Part shown: positions 16,903-25,972 of the stretch, piece after piece
How positions within the stretch are numbered: the stretch's first letter is position 1
Layout: each line of letters opens with the position of its first letter
Virus record (IMG/VR): IMGVR_UViG_3300032053_011398
DNA from: a virus
DNA length: 64,000 nucleotides
Reading direction: 5' to 3' (one strand)
Translations under genes and position numbers: made by a program
Notes under the pieces: model-generated
Told to the model about the DNA's origin: nothing
Databases searched by the model: none
The model's input: the letters and a program-made list of their open reading frames with translations, nothing else

Positions 16903-18629
16903 ACGCGGCGAATCTGCAACCCGGCCAAATAGCCAAGAACTTCGATTCTGATAGTAGAACCGGGAACAATATCCAGGCTGCTGAACAGAACGTAGTTGTC
17001 ATCCTGAATCCAGGAGGTTGCCCCCGTGGGGGTAGTCGTCGCGCTGAGGATGGTTCCGCCGTCCACCTGGACGTAGTAGTCGGAACCACTGCCACTGAAA
17101 GTCTGATTGCTGTAAAGGTAAAGCCCATAAATGCCGGGAGGCAGGCCGTGGAGCCGAAAGACGGTGGTATAGGGGACGCCGCCCATATCGAACCCGCCGA
17201 TCCAGGTCATCAGCATCCCGTTCCAGGTCGCTGTGACACCACTGTTATTCACCAAGGGAGCAACCCGTTCCAGCCAGATGCGCGTGTCCACCTGCTTGGC
17301 GTCCTTCAGGTAGATGTAAGACACCGAGGAGTAGGTGAAGCAGACTTCGGGTGTGCCGCCATAGCCGTAGGAGCAGTAGCAGTCCCGGTAATCCTTTGTG
17401 TAAAGCACCGGCACGTAGATGTTCCAGTAGTCGCTGGTGTCGCCGACCACCGCAGGCCCCCAGTAGCGGGTGACCGTGATCCCGTTCTCGGTGTCGAAAT
17501 TGTCGTTGAGCAGCACGGTGCTGCCGGTGAGGTCTTCGAGCACTACATCATCCAGCAGCGACCCAAAAGCTTGACCGGGATCGGTTTCCAAGGCGATTTT
17601 GCGGAACGAAATGGTGCCGGTGGAACCATCGCCAGTAAAATCGACGTAGTAGTCCTGGAAATCCTGCATCCAGTCGGTGATGTCCAGGTTGGCATCGACC
17701 AGTGCCCCGGCTTTGTAATTCAGAATTTCGTGGGCACGAGCAAGGCGCTGGTTGCCCGCCGCCCGCCAGCTTAACCGGAAGATGTGCCCGGTCGTGAAGG
17801 TAAAGGTCGTCTTGCTCTCCATACGGCCATACCAGCTCATCGAACCTCCGGCATTGCCGCTGCCCGCCATATCCACATAAAGGCCATTGCCGGGCCTGAA
17901 GTCATAAAATCCCCTGCCGATCAAATCGACGCTGCCGTTGTCCACCACGTTGAAGTTTATGAAAAACGAGTAGCTGAGCGCCCCCCGGCCTTCGAGCACG
18001 GTGCCATCACTGCCGTTGAAGTCAATGTCCGCCAGCACAGGCGGATGATAGCCAAAAATGTTTACAAAATAATGGACACCGTTGACGATGATCTGGCGGA
18101 TGACCGAAAGGAATGTCCGAGGGAGCCGGTCGGCAGCTTCTCGAATGAAGCCTGTGCGCCCAATCGCGTGGGTGCCGTCCTGGACCTGAAAATGGCGGCT
18201 GACCGAAGCTGGATCATGCGGCGTGCCCATCCATTTGATCTGGAAGAAAAGCTCGTCCGTCAGGAGGTTGCCGATCACGTCGCCGCGCACCACCGGCGTC
18301 GCCGTCTGAACCGTGCAGGAGGCCAGACCATGGACGGTCGTCCAGATTTCGTTGCCGTGGTCAATCGTGACCTCGTAGGTTGGCTGCGTTCCCAAGAGCG
18401 TATTGGGCGTGAATTTCCAGATCGAAAAAATCAAGCGAATCGAAATGACTTTGCCGTCCCCAGCAGCCAATACCTGCTCTCCCGGCTCGAAGCGGTAGCA
18501 GCACCCCAGGTTGGTTTCGCCCTCAACGGAGAAGTCCTCCAGGAGGAACAACTTCTTCCGGCTCGGCGGACGAAGTTTCTGGAGTGTCCACCGCGCTGGA
18601 AATTTCAATGGCGATAGGTCTGGAGTCAT
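16899..18629 (-). CDS. Virion protein with degenerate M23/LytM domain and carbohydrate-binding-like beta domains
   Basis: VLAAGDGKV...VTIDHG...VVRGDVIG...PHDP M23 scaffold without the zinc ligands. Confidence 0.6.
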   Translation of the reverse strand: MTPDLSPLKFPARWTLQKLRPPSRKKLFLLEDFSVEGETNLGCCYRFEPGEQVLAAGDGKVISIRLIFSIWKFTPNTLLGTQPTYEVTIDHGNEIWTTVHGLASCTVQTATPVVRGDVIGNLLTDELFFQIKWMGTPHDPASVSRHFQVQDGTHAIGRTGFIREAADRLPRTFLSVIRQIIVNGVHYFVNIFGYHPPVLADIDFNGSDGTVLEGRGALSYSFFINFNVVDNGSVDLIGRGFYDFRPGNGLYVDMAGSGNAGGSMSWYGRMESKTTFTFTTGHIFRLSWRAAGNQRLARAHEILNYKAGALVDANLDITDWMQDFQDYYVDFTGDGSTGTISFRKIALETDPGQAFGSLLDDVVLEDLTGSTVLLNDNFDTENGITVTRYWGPAVVGDTSDYWNIYVPVLYTKDYRDCYCSYGYGGTPEVCFTYSSVSYIYLKDAKQVDTRIWLERVAPLVNNSGVTATWNGMLMTWIGGFDMGGVPYTTVFRLHGLPPGIYGLYLYSNQTFSGSGSDYYVQVDGGTILSATTTPTGATSWIQDDNYVLFSSLDIVPGSTIRIEVLGYLAGLQIRRV

Positions 18630-18638
18630 AATGTCACT

Positions 18639-19448
18639 CTAAGTAGCGTTCTGAGGCACTTGTTGAATGTCGTCGGCGTAGAACGTCGTGGACAGCGTGA
18701 CGATCTTCGCCGCCTCATAGCTCAGATCGCTGATTTTGAACCCACCGAGCCAGCAGTTCACCAACCGGTATTCCATCGAAAACTCAAGGTCGTTAATGAC
18801 GGAGTTGTCAGCAGCGTAGTTGGACACGGCCTCGCCGACTGTTTGCAGGGTTGAAAAGCCGAAAGCTCCAGCCAGGGCGCTCGCAGTCATGAGGGCCTTT
18901 TGACCGGCAGCAGTGTCATAGACTCGCGGGTTGGAGCAGCCGCGCAGCAAGAGCAGGCGCACGTCGAAACAGTAGTCGATCCGGTAATCCGTGTTTAGGC
19001 GGATCGAGCTTTCGCCCGACATCGGGCCGCGCCCAGCCCGAACAACCATCCTCCAACCATCGAGCATCTGGTAGATGTCCGACTTGTAGGGCGACCGGTT
19101 GGCCGTGCCCGTGGCCCCGCTGGTGTAAGAGTCCAGGATGAAGGTCATCGTGATCGGCTCCAGGGCTTCCTCCCAGGCTGGTGTGGGGTAGGCCCGTGAA
19201 TCACGCCGGATCGGTTCTGCCCGCACTTTCAGCTCTGGAAGGGTGACGGATTGCGCAAAATACGACTGCAACTTGGGCGGCAGATAAAAAGCAGCCAAAC
19301 CGTCCGTCATCGGCTTGCTGTATAAGATGCTCAGGTTCAATCCCGCCAGGGCATCTTTGAAGTCCACGATCCAAAAATCGGAGCGTTGAGCTTCGAGGCC
19401 CGATGTTCGGCCCCAAAGATTGGTCTGGTTGTCGATTACGCGACTCAC
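18639..19448 (-). CDS. Tail-tube-fold protein (tube initiator / baseplate-tube junction, gp48/gp54-like)
   Basis: QRSDFWIV, AQSVTLPEL, YRLVNCW...SDLSYE...LSTTFYAD resemble the gp19 fold. Paralog of 25350..25967. Confidence 0.6.
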   Translation of the reverse strand: MSRVIDNQTNLWGRTSGLEAQRSDFWIVDFKDALAGLNLSILYSKPMTDGLAAFYLPPKLQSYFAQSVTLPELKVRAEPIRRDSRAYPTPAWEEALEPITMTFILDSYTSGATGTANRSPYKSDIYQMLDGWRMVVRAGRGPMSGESSIRLNTDYRIDYCFDVRLLLLRGCSNPRVYDTAAGQKALMTASALAGAFGFSTLQTVGEAVSNYAADNSVINDLEFSMEYRLVNCWLGGFKISDLSYEAAKIVTLSTTFYADDIQQVPQNAT

Positions 19449-19466
19449 GCTGTAACTACTCTGGAC

Positions 19467-20564
19467 ATGGGTTTGCCTGGAACATACGCCGGTTTGGTTG
19501 AAGACGACAAAGACCCGGAAAAGCTTGGCCGATTAAAGGTCAGAGTCCCGCACGCTTACGGAGCAGTCGGCGGCGTCTTTGGAGCGATCAGCACGGAAAA
19601 TCTGCCCTGGGCGCTGCCTGCGGGCCTGCCGAATGGCCTTTCCCAGCAGAGCGGCGGCTTCGACTGGCTCCCGATAATCGGCGACCAGGTGCTCGTGCGT
19701 TTCCTTGACGGAGAACCAGAAAAGCCCGTTTACGAGTGGTTCATGCAGACGCAAAAGGCCGCTCAGAGCTTCAAACTGCACCAATACAAGGACGCGCCAG
19801 GGAGCACTCCCGGCAGCAGTGGCGGCAGCCCCAAGCGCGGAGCACTGGTGCGCTACGGCCACACCGTGGAGTGGAACTCGGATGGCCTGATCCTAACCAC
19901 CAGCAAAGGCTACCGGCTGCTCCTGACCGACGCTAGCAAAGCGGGCAATGACGGCGACATCCAGCTCGCCACGGCGATGGGCCAATACTTCGAGTTCGAT
20001 GACCAGCTCAACCAGTGCAATTTGAACGTCAATCAGGACTGGCAGATCAACGTCGGCAACCAGATGGTCGCTATTTGCGACGCCATCAGCCTCCAAACGA
20101 TGGCCAACGAAATCGAGATGATCTCCGGCAGCTACATGTCCATCGACACCCTGGGCAATCTGGAGGTTACCATCGGCGGCGATTGGAAAATGGACGTAAC
20201 CGGCGATACCTTCTTGACGCTGGTTGGTGACGCGACTATCGACGTGACCGGAAGTTGGATAATGAGCGTGTTCACCGATGTCAATTTGACCGTCACCGGC
20301 CTTTTGGATGTCACCAGCACGGCGGGGATCAGTGTCGGCACCCCAGCGATCATGGCGCTGGACTTCGGCAGCCTGTTCCTGGGCACTGGGTCAACCGAAG
20401 CTTATGTCCTTGGAAATAGGCTGCTTACCTATCTGACCAACCTTGTTACGACCTTGCTCGGTCACACCCATACCGATCCACAGGGAGGCGCAACCGGCCC
20501 GATGTTACCTCCGCCAATCCTGCCCACCATTGCCCTGCTCAGCACCGTCATCAAGGGTAAGTAG
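19467..20564 (+). CDS. Baseplate central spike (gp5/gpV/VgrG-like OB-fold + beta-helix)
   Basis: GLVEDDKDPEKLGRLKVRVP...LPWA...PIIGDQVLVRFLDGEPEKP, beta-helix repeats, and a C-terminal HTH (His-x-His) tip motif. Confidence 0.85.
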   Translation: MGLPGTYAGLVEDDKDPEKLGRLKVRVPHAYGAVGGVFGAISTENLPWALPAGLPNGLSQQSGGFDWLPIIGDQVLVRFLDGEPEKPVYEWFMQTQKAAQSFKLHQYKDAPGSTPGSSGGSPKRGALVRYGHTVEWNSDGLILTTSKGYRLLLTDASKAGNDGDIQLATAMGQYFEFDDQLNQCNLNVNQDWQINVGNQMVAICDAISLQTMANEIEMISGSYMSIDTLGNLEVTIGGDWKMDVTGDTFLTLVGDATIDVTGSWIMSVFTDVNLTVTGLLDVTSTAGISVGTPAIMALDFGSLFLGTGSTEAYVLGNRLLTYLTNLVTTLLGHTHTDPQGGATGPMLPPPILPTIALLSTVIKGK

Positions 20565-20600
20565 ATTTTGTAAACAAACCTTTCTCGTTCTTCTCGCTGT

Positions 20601-21518
20601 ATGGCATTCCAATCGAAGCTGACCAGCCTGGAACCGCGCAGGCTGCGATTTCAAAAGCGGATCAAGCTGCTGTCGGGCGGCTACGTGAAACCAGACTCGT
20701 TTCCGAACGGCGAGATCACGGTATTCCCCTGGGATGCCAACATCGACGATTGGCTCGCCGAGCGCGTCCGCAAGGGCAACCGGGATATGTTGCTGTTCGA
20801 CCTGTGCGCCCAGGTCTGCGATTTGAATGGCTGCCCCCTGGATGCGTTCGTGATCGGCGATGTGAACACGGTTCTGTTGGTCTCACGGTCGCTCCGTTAC
20901 AACGGCATCGTGGAATACGAATGCACGTGCCCCAACTGCCGCACCACGACCGTCGAGACGATCACCGTGCCCGATGAGCTTGGCCGGGTTGGTGAGAAAG
21001 ACACCAGCTACCCTGGCTTCGACACCCTCACGCTGCCGGAGTGCCAGGACGTGCTCCAAGTGCGCCCGCTCCAGGTGAAGGACGAAAGCATCATCTTGGC
21101 CCGTGAGCCAGCCTCCAAGGCGCTCATGACGGATCGGGTTATGCACATCCTGATGCCCATTGTCTCCATCAACGACGGCAAGCCAGACGCTTGGGAGGAA
21201 GCGACGCGCTGGTATAACGCACTGTCGCCCTCTGATGCCCAATACTTGGAGGACCGAGAGAACGAACTGTATCCCCACCTCGCTACTGAGATTCCGCACC
21301 TGTGCGACCAGTGCCAAAAAAAGTTCAAGCATACCTTGGACTTTACAGCGGAATTTTTTCGTCCAAGCCTCAAGCCGAGCCACGGAACTAAGATGGCATC
21401 AAATGTTCGACCTGGCGTGGAACGGGAAGGGGCTAATTTTAAATCTCAGGGAAGTGCCGGACCAATTTCTGGAGCAGATGGTGGGTTGGGCAAACGAAAA
21501 GATCGAAGCGCAAAATGA
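20601..21518 (+). CDS. Baseplate hub assembly protein / tail assembly chaperone (T4 gp26-like)
   Basis: LLSGGY, IGDVNTVLLVSRSLRY, CTCPNC and CDQC, ending in ...FTAEFF followed by a low-complexity tail. Confidence 0.7.
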   Translation: MAFQSKLTSLEPRRLRFQKRIKLLSGGYVKPDSFPNGEITVFPWDANIDDWLAERVRKGNRDMLLFDLCAQVCDLNGCPLDAFVIGDVNTVLLVSRSLRYNGIVEYECTCPNCRTTTVETITVPDELGRVGEKDTSYPGFDTLTLPECQDVLQVRPLQVKDESIILAREPASKALMTDRVMHILMPIVSINDGKPDAWEEATRWYNALSPSDAQYLEDRENELYPHLATEIPHLCDQCQKKFKHTLDFTAEFFRPSLKPSHGTKMASNVRPGVEREGANFKSQGSAGPISGADGGLGKRKDRSAK

Positions 21519-21546
21519 CCAATTAAGCGGATTGGCCGGACCATGA
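21352..21546 (+). CDS. Overlapping small chaperone-like ORF (frameshift extension, or independent start at ATG 21403)
   Basis: +1 frame reads FFVQASSRATELRWHQMFDLAWNG...; its stop overlaps the next gene's ATG (ATGA). Confidence 0.45.
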   Translation, partial: NFFVQASSRATELRWHQMFDLAWNGKGLILNLREVPDQFLEQMVGWANEKIEAQNDQLSGLAGP

Positions 21547-22421
21547 CCGATATTATCCTCGACGGAAATTCGCTCTTTGCCCGATGCTGGTTTGCCGTGA
21601 AAGAAGACCCGGAGGCAACCCGCAGAGTCTTTGTCCAGTCGGCGCTCCAGCTCCTCGATCAAAATGAGGGCCGGATCAACATGCCCATCACGCGGACGCT
21701 GTTCGGTTGGGACGGCCATGCCAAGACCGACAAGCCACGCCAACCCAAGCCCCAGGCTTATGCGGACACCCGCAAGCGTGTCCAGGAAGACATCCTGACG
21801 CTTTTTGACACCACCAACGGCTACCACCCCGACTACGAGGCGGACGACATTGTGGCGACCGTCGTGTTCAATTCCAAGGCCGAGCAAATCGTCGTCGTGA
21901 GCGGCGACAAAGACCTCATGCAGCTCCAGGGCGGCAACGTGGCCTACTACTGCCTGAACTCGAAATCAATGCTGCCGTCCCGCACGATCTGCCATAAATT
22001 TGCTGTCAAGCGCCCGTCCCAAGTCGCCATTGCCCTGGCCATCATCGGTGATCGCGGCGACGGCGTTGGCGGCATACCGAAATGGGGGCCGAAGAAGGTC
22101 GAGAAGCTGTTCAAAGCCGTGACCGAGGCCATGAATTTCGAGTCGGCCCTGGTGACCATCCAAGCCCAAATTCCCGGAAACTTGCTGCCCTTCTTCTTAG
22201 ACTCGCTAGACAAGACCCTGCTCTACAGTGATGTGCCTGGCGTGCCAGAACCATCCGAGTTGAGGTTCTGCTCCAGCCGCGAGTTGATGGCGCTGGGCAT
22301 CAAGGAAATCGCGCAAAGCTACGAGCGCGTCGCCCGGCAGTATGAAGACGGAGGAGGAGGAGAAGCAACCCTGGACGAGATGCTTAAATCAAGCCGTCCT
22401 GCAACAGCGCGGTCAGTATAA
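21543..22421 (+). CDS. 5'-3' exonuclease / RNase H (FEN-type, T4 rnh-like)
   Basis: ILDGNSL, YEADDIVAT, VSGDKDLMQL and GDRGDGVGGIPKWGPK. Confidence 0.9.
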   Translation: MTDIILDGNSLFARCWFAVKEDPEATRRVFVQSALQLLDQNEGRINMPITRTLFGWDGHAKTDKPRQPKPQAYADTRKRVQEDILTLFDTTNGYHPDYEADDIVATVVFNSKAEQIVVVSGDKDLMQLQGGNVAYYCLNSKSMLPSRTICHKFAVKRPSQVAIALAIIGDRGDGVGGIPKWGPKKVEKLFKAVTEAMNFESALVTIQAQIPGNLLPFFLDSLDKTLLYSDVPGVPEPSELRFCSSRELMALGIKEIAQSYERVARQYEDGGGGEATLDEMLKSSRPATARSV

Positions 22422-23157
22422 TTTTGGTATTGAGCGAAGATTCGTAGTGCTTCGCGTAGCCCTCGTCCTCGCTGCCGCCCGCGTAGTCAAAGCGAGACCT
22501 GTCATCCGGGCGTTCTCTTTCCCGCCGTTCTTTGCGCTGCTTCTTATTTGCTTCTACTTCCGCGTCCCCCTTCTTCTTCAATATATCGGCATCAGTGTTA
22601 AGTTCAGACCAGCAATCGTCGCACACCGATCCGCCAAGGGGAGGCATAAGAGCGTGCGTGCCTGGTTTTCCGCACTTCCAACAACGATCAAGACCGGGAT
22701 CTGGTTCTTGCGCTTTACCTTGTGCTTTTCCCCCGACCAGACCCGGCAGCATGTCTAAAACGCCGTAACCTAACCTGCCAAGCGCAACCTTGTTTCTTTC
22801 GTGCCAGCCGAGGGGATCATTGGGTGACCCGGACACAAGCGCCAAAGTTCTAGCATTCTTGTCAAGCTGATAAACCTGACCCGTGGCAGGCACCGCCCAC
22901 TGCTGGCCATCCTGCATCCGATTCAACAAGGCCGTAAACCAAGCGAGATGAGCTGGACTCGGCTGCCAAGCGGCAGGCGCGAGCACAGGGGTTGCAGCTC
23001 CGGCCATACTAAATGGATTGGCGCTGATGGCCCCCAGTATCTTGCCCATGAGGCCAAAGAATCCGCGCCTGTTCAGCGCCTCAGCGACTTCAGTGTCGTC
23101 CTCCAGCAGCGCGGCCAGGATAATCTCGGTGTTGGTTGGCGCAAGATAGCGGCTCAC
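22384..23157 (-). CDS. Putative internal head protein with cryptic twin-arginine motif
   Basis: IILAALLEDDTEVAE-ALNRRGFFGLMG..., a CxxC...CxxC pair, and a C-terminal repeat of the N-terminal motif (IILTALLQD). Confidence 0.55.
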   Translation of the reverse strand: MSRYLAPTNTEIILAALLEDDTEVAEALNRRGFFGLMGKILGAISANPFSMAGAATPVLAPAAWQPSPAHLAWFTALLNRMQDGQQWAVPATGQVYQLDKNARTLALVSGSPNDPLGWHERNKVALGRLGYGVLDMLPGLVGGKAQGKAQEPDPGLDRCWKCGKPGTHALMPPLGGSVCDDCWSELNTDADILKKKGDAEVEANKKQRKERRERERPDDRSRFDYAGGSEDEGYAKHYESSLNTKIILTALLQDGLI

Positions 23158-23507
23158 AGATTCAAGATCGGAACCGCCCCACCTGAATCACGGTTGAAAT
23201 AGCGCGTGATGGCGAACTCCAGGAAAGCACCCCCGGAGGCGTTGCCAATCATTTGGATTTTGGAGTTGCTAGATTCGCACTCGATCAGCTTGGTCTCGTT
23301 CGCCGAAAGCGTGTTGTAGAAGTCGCTGCCGCTGGCTCCCATGTCCACCCAAATTGATCCGTTCCACTCCTGGAAACGGTAGTTCATTGTGTTGACGCCA
23401 GAGTTTTTGAGAATGATAGCGGCATCCACGGGCGACGGTTGGATGATGGTAAACAGCGTGCCAAGAGCCTCGCCAACCACTTGGCTGTCAGTAACATGTA
23501 TGACCAT
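23154..23507 (-). CDS. Small virion structural protein
   Basis: 117 aa in the tail operon. Shares the IxxNxG...YxxQ motif with the 5071 and 35278 ORFs. Confidence 0.6.
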   Translation of the reverse strand: MVIHVTDSQVVGEALGTLFTIIQPSPVDAAIILKNSGVNTMNYRFQEWNGSIWVDMGASGSDFYNTLSANETKLIECESSNSKIQMIGNASGGAFLEFAITRYFNRDSGGAVPILNL

Positions 23508-23510
23508 AAA

Positions 23511-24047
23511 TCAAAAGCGTATCCGCCAGGTTAAAGTTAGGCTGAAATCGGAGGTCTTGTTGATCCCGACGCTGCGGACTTTCCGCGCCAGGAGCGTGTT
23601 GTTGCCGGAGAACAGACCGAACTCGGTCAAGAGGTAGCCGTTGGCGTCGCCGACCGCGACATTGAAACCAACGCGCATGACGAAGGCCGTCAGGAAGTCA
23701 ACGCTGGTGATCTTGGCTACGGTCGCTCCGAACCCAGAGGCCAGCGCCACGGCAGATTCCAGGGCAACATCCGTTACTCTGGCGGCGGTCAAGCCAGTGC
23801 CCACCGCAAATTTTTGGACGGTGTAATTCTCGATAGGGGCACGGAAACCAAAGGCGTAAGCCAGAAGTTGACGGCCTTGGTCCAAAAATAAGTTTCGCCC
23901 CAGGCAAGCTTCATCGTGGCCGACACTCCAACCGCTCGGCGTTCGCTCCGGGGTGATCCATCCGTAATCACAAGCCTTGCGGAGTGGCAATTCCTTGCCA
24001 TCCGCAAGCGTGATCTTGGAAACCGTGATTAGACCTTCAGCTCGCAT
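23511..24047 (-). CDS. Tail collar/fibre-attachment-like structural protein
   Basis: NLFLDQGR...FAVGTG...DVALES...LTEFGLF...LLARKV...INKTSDFSLTLTWRIRF, a typical myovirus baseplate/fibre motif. Confidence 0.65.
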   Translation of the reverse strand: MRAEGLITVSKITLADGKELPLRKACDYGWITPERTPSGWSVGHDEACLGRNLFLDQGRQLLAYAFGFRAPIENYTVQKFAVGTGLTAARVTDVALESAVALASGFGATVAKITSVDFLTAFVMRVGFNVAVGDANGYLLTEFGLFSGNNTLLARKVRSVGINKTSDFSLTLTWRIRF

Positions 24048-24781
24048 CAGTCAGCTCCAGGGGCCTCCAAGAGCCGGTCGGCGATGTCCTGGATCGACGC
24101 CCTGCCGTCCAATTGCTCCATCGCGGGCTGCATTGGATTGATGGCCGCTTTGGAGGGGACGCCACAGGCTTTGGGAGGCAGCTTGACTCGTTGACGGAAA
24201 TTCATTCGGCTCGGAGGAGCACCGCCGAGGCGGCGGCGAAGAGGCATACCCCGGCCTGCCCCCGCCATGCCCAAATCCTCCTTCATGGCCTTGTCCGGCT
24301 GTTCGCCGTCCTTGGTCTTGCCGACGCCCTCGTCCTTCTTCTTGCCGAAGGAGCCTTTGTTCTTGCAGAAGCCGCATTGGCAACCGGCTTTATGTCCGCC
24401 TTCGGACAGCAGCGCAGCGACATCAGTGTCGTCGCCGTCGATGAGCTGGCGCAAAGTCTCCTTCATGGCCTCCTTGCTGATTGCTTCGCCCTCGTCCTCG
24501 CTCTTGCCCTGGCCGGTGGTCGTGGCGTCCTTGCCGCTGGTCGGCGCGTGCGATGGGGCCGCAGCCACGGGGGCGGGAATCGACCCCGAAGGTTGCTTGT
24601 AAGCCTTCTTGACGGGTTCGCCCTCGTCCTCGCTCTTGCCCTGGCCGGTGGTCGTGGCGTCCTTGCCGCTGGTCGGCGCGTGCGATGGGGCCGCAGCCAC
24701 GGGGGCGGGAATACCGTCTTCGCTAACCCTGCGAGCGTGCCGGGCATCGTCCAATCTCGAAATGAACTCGAATGCTTTCAT
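24047..24781 (-). CDS. Low-complexity putative internal head protein
   Basis: Start MKAFEFISRL at 24781. Internal 32-aa duplication, VSE/LLSE/LLE motifs and HxxxCxCxxC. Confidence 0.6.
   Translation of the reverse strand: MKAFEFISRLDDARHARRVSEDGIPAPVAAAPSHAPTSGKDATTTGQGKSEDEGEPVKKAYKQPSGSIPAPVAAAPSHAPTSGKDATTTGQGKSEDEGEAISKEAMKETLRQLIDGDDTDVAALLSEGGHKAGCQCGFCKNKGSFGKKKDEGVGKTKDGEQPDKAMKEDLGMAGAGRGMPLRRRLGGAPPSRMNFRQRVKLPPKACGVPSKAAINPMQPAMEQLDGRASIQDIADRLLEAPGAD
24485..24712. repeat. Perfect 96-bp direct repeat (24485-24580 and 24617-24712)
   Basis: Two identical copies separated by 36 bp, in frame. Confidence 0.9.
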
Positions 24782-25350
24782 ATTGGTAATTGACTGAGAT
24801 GGCTGTGAGCACGCTCGATCCAAGCTTGAAAATCAGCGGCGCTCATTGTTCTTTTTGCTTTGTTACAGATTTCGCAGCAAGCCACACTATTCTCCGGCGT
24901 GTAGCCTTTGGTATTATCTACGCGGTCAATACCATTGTAATGGATCGAGCCAAACATGCCTATACGACCCCGGACATTCTGAGGTTCAGCACCACAGTAG
25001 CGACAATCGGAGAAAATCAATCGAACCACGTCCTCGCGGGTAAGCGCAAAGTCGAGTTGACGCTTTCTGGCAGCTTGAACATAGGTGTTTACGACCGAAT
25101 TGATCGCGTGCTCACCCGGTGCTTTACGGCGAAGTTTGCCAGAATTTGATGCTTTTTCACGCTGAAGACAGCCGCAGCTTTTTGTGCGCCCACGAGACAA
25201 AACAGAAGGCCGCGTGACTGTAATTTTTCCGCAAGCGCACTGAAGTTCGATTTGGCGGAGGATTTGGCCCCCACTAACCGTCCTTTCAAGTTCTCGAAGC
25301 ACGGTTAACCGTCCAAACTTTTGTCCAGCATTTATCTGTAACCCATTCAT
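24778..25350 (-). CDS. HNH homing endonuclease
   Basis: GQKFGRLTV...CACG...TKSCGCL, then CRYCG...YNGIDRVDNTKGYTPENSVACCEICNKAK. Confidence 0.85.
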   Translation of the reverse strand: MNGLQINAGQKFGRLTVLRELERTVSGGQILRQIELQCACGKITVTRPSVLSRGRTKSCGCLQREKASNSGKLRRKAPGEHAINSVVNTYVQAARKRQLDFALTREDVVRLIFSDCRYCGAEPQNVRGRIGMFGSIHYNGIDRVDNTKGYTPENSVACCEICNKAKRTMSAADFQAWIERAHSHLSQLPI

Positions 25351-25967
25351 TATGGCACACTTACGATCATTGAGTCGATATTTACGGGGTAATACCTATC
25401 AATTTGGAGGGAGAGCTGGCAGTCCACCTTGCCGCTGGTGGTCATATCAGCATCCGAAAACTTGAAGCCCTTCAAGAGCACGCCTTCCAGGTAATACTTC
25501 AAGCCGTTTTTCATCGTATTGGGCATCGACTGGGGCACACCACGGATGTCCGCGTTTTGCGCGACCTGGTTGGGGACAATCCAGGTGAAAAACCCATCCG
25601 ACTTGACGAAGCTGGTCAAGCCCACGCCGCCTGTGAGCGGATTTCGGATGAGCCAAAACCACTTTTCCAGCGCCGTGGCAATGTCAGCGGCAAAAGCGTA
25701 GCGAACAGGAATTTCCACGGCGGGTGTCGGGGTGTCGCCGCCAATCAGAAAGTTGGTCTGTTGCATGTATTTGACACCGATGACTTCGATGCTGCGCTCC
25801 GGGAAAGGAAACTTCTCCACCGCGAACTCGACCTGATCCGTCCAATTCATGCGGAGAGCTTGGGGCAGATTGAGCGTGAACTTAAACAGGTCTTGGCGCT
25901 GCAAGTCCAGACCTTGCCCCTGTCCGGCTTGCCCGCCGAACGTGTTCTTGAATAGCATTCTGCTCAT
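25350..25967 (-). CDS. Tail tube protein (gp19-like)
   Basis: Directly downstream of the sheath. LQRQDLFKF...YYLEGV...LSLQIDRY. Confidence 0.75.
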   Translation of the reverse strand: MSRMLFKNTFGGQAGQGQGLDLQRQDLFKFTLNLPQALRMNWTDQVEFAVEKFPFPERSIEVIGVKYMQQTNFLIGGDTPTPAVEIPVRYAFAADIATALEKWFWLIRNPLTGGVGLTSFVKSDGFFTWIVPNQVAQNADIRGVPQSMPNTMKNGLKYYLEGVLLKGFKFSDADMTTSGKVDCQLSLQIDRYYPVNIDSMIVSVP

Positions 25968-25972
25968 AAATC

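Noticed and set aside
24485-24712. Direct repeat as a CRISPR array or DGR template/variable pair
   Set aside because: There are only two long in-frame copies, no adenine-specific mismatches, and no cas or reverse transcriptase gene.
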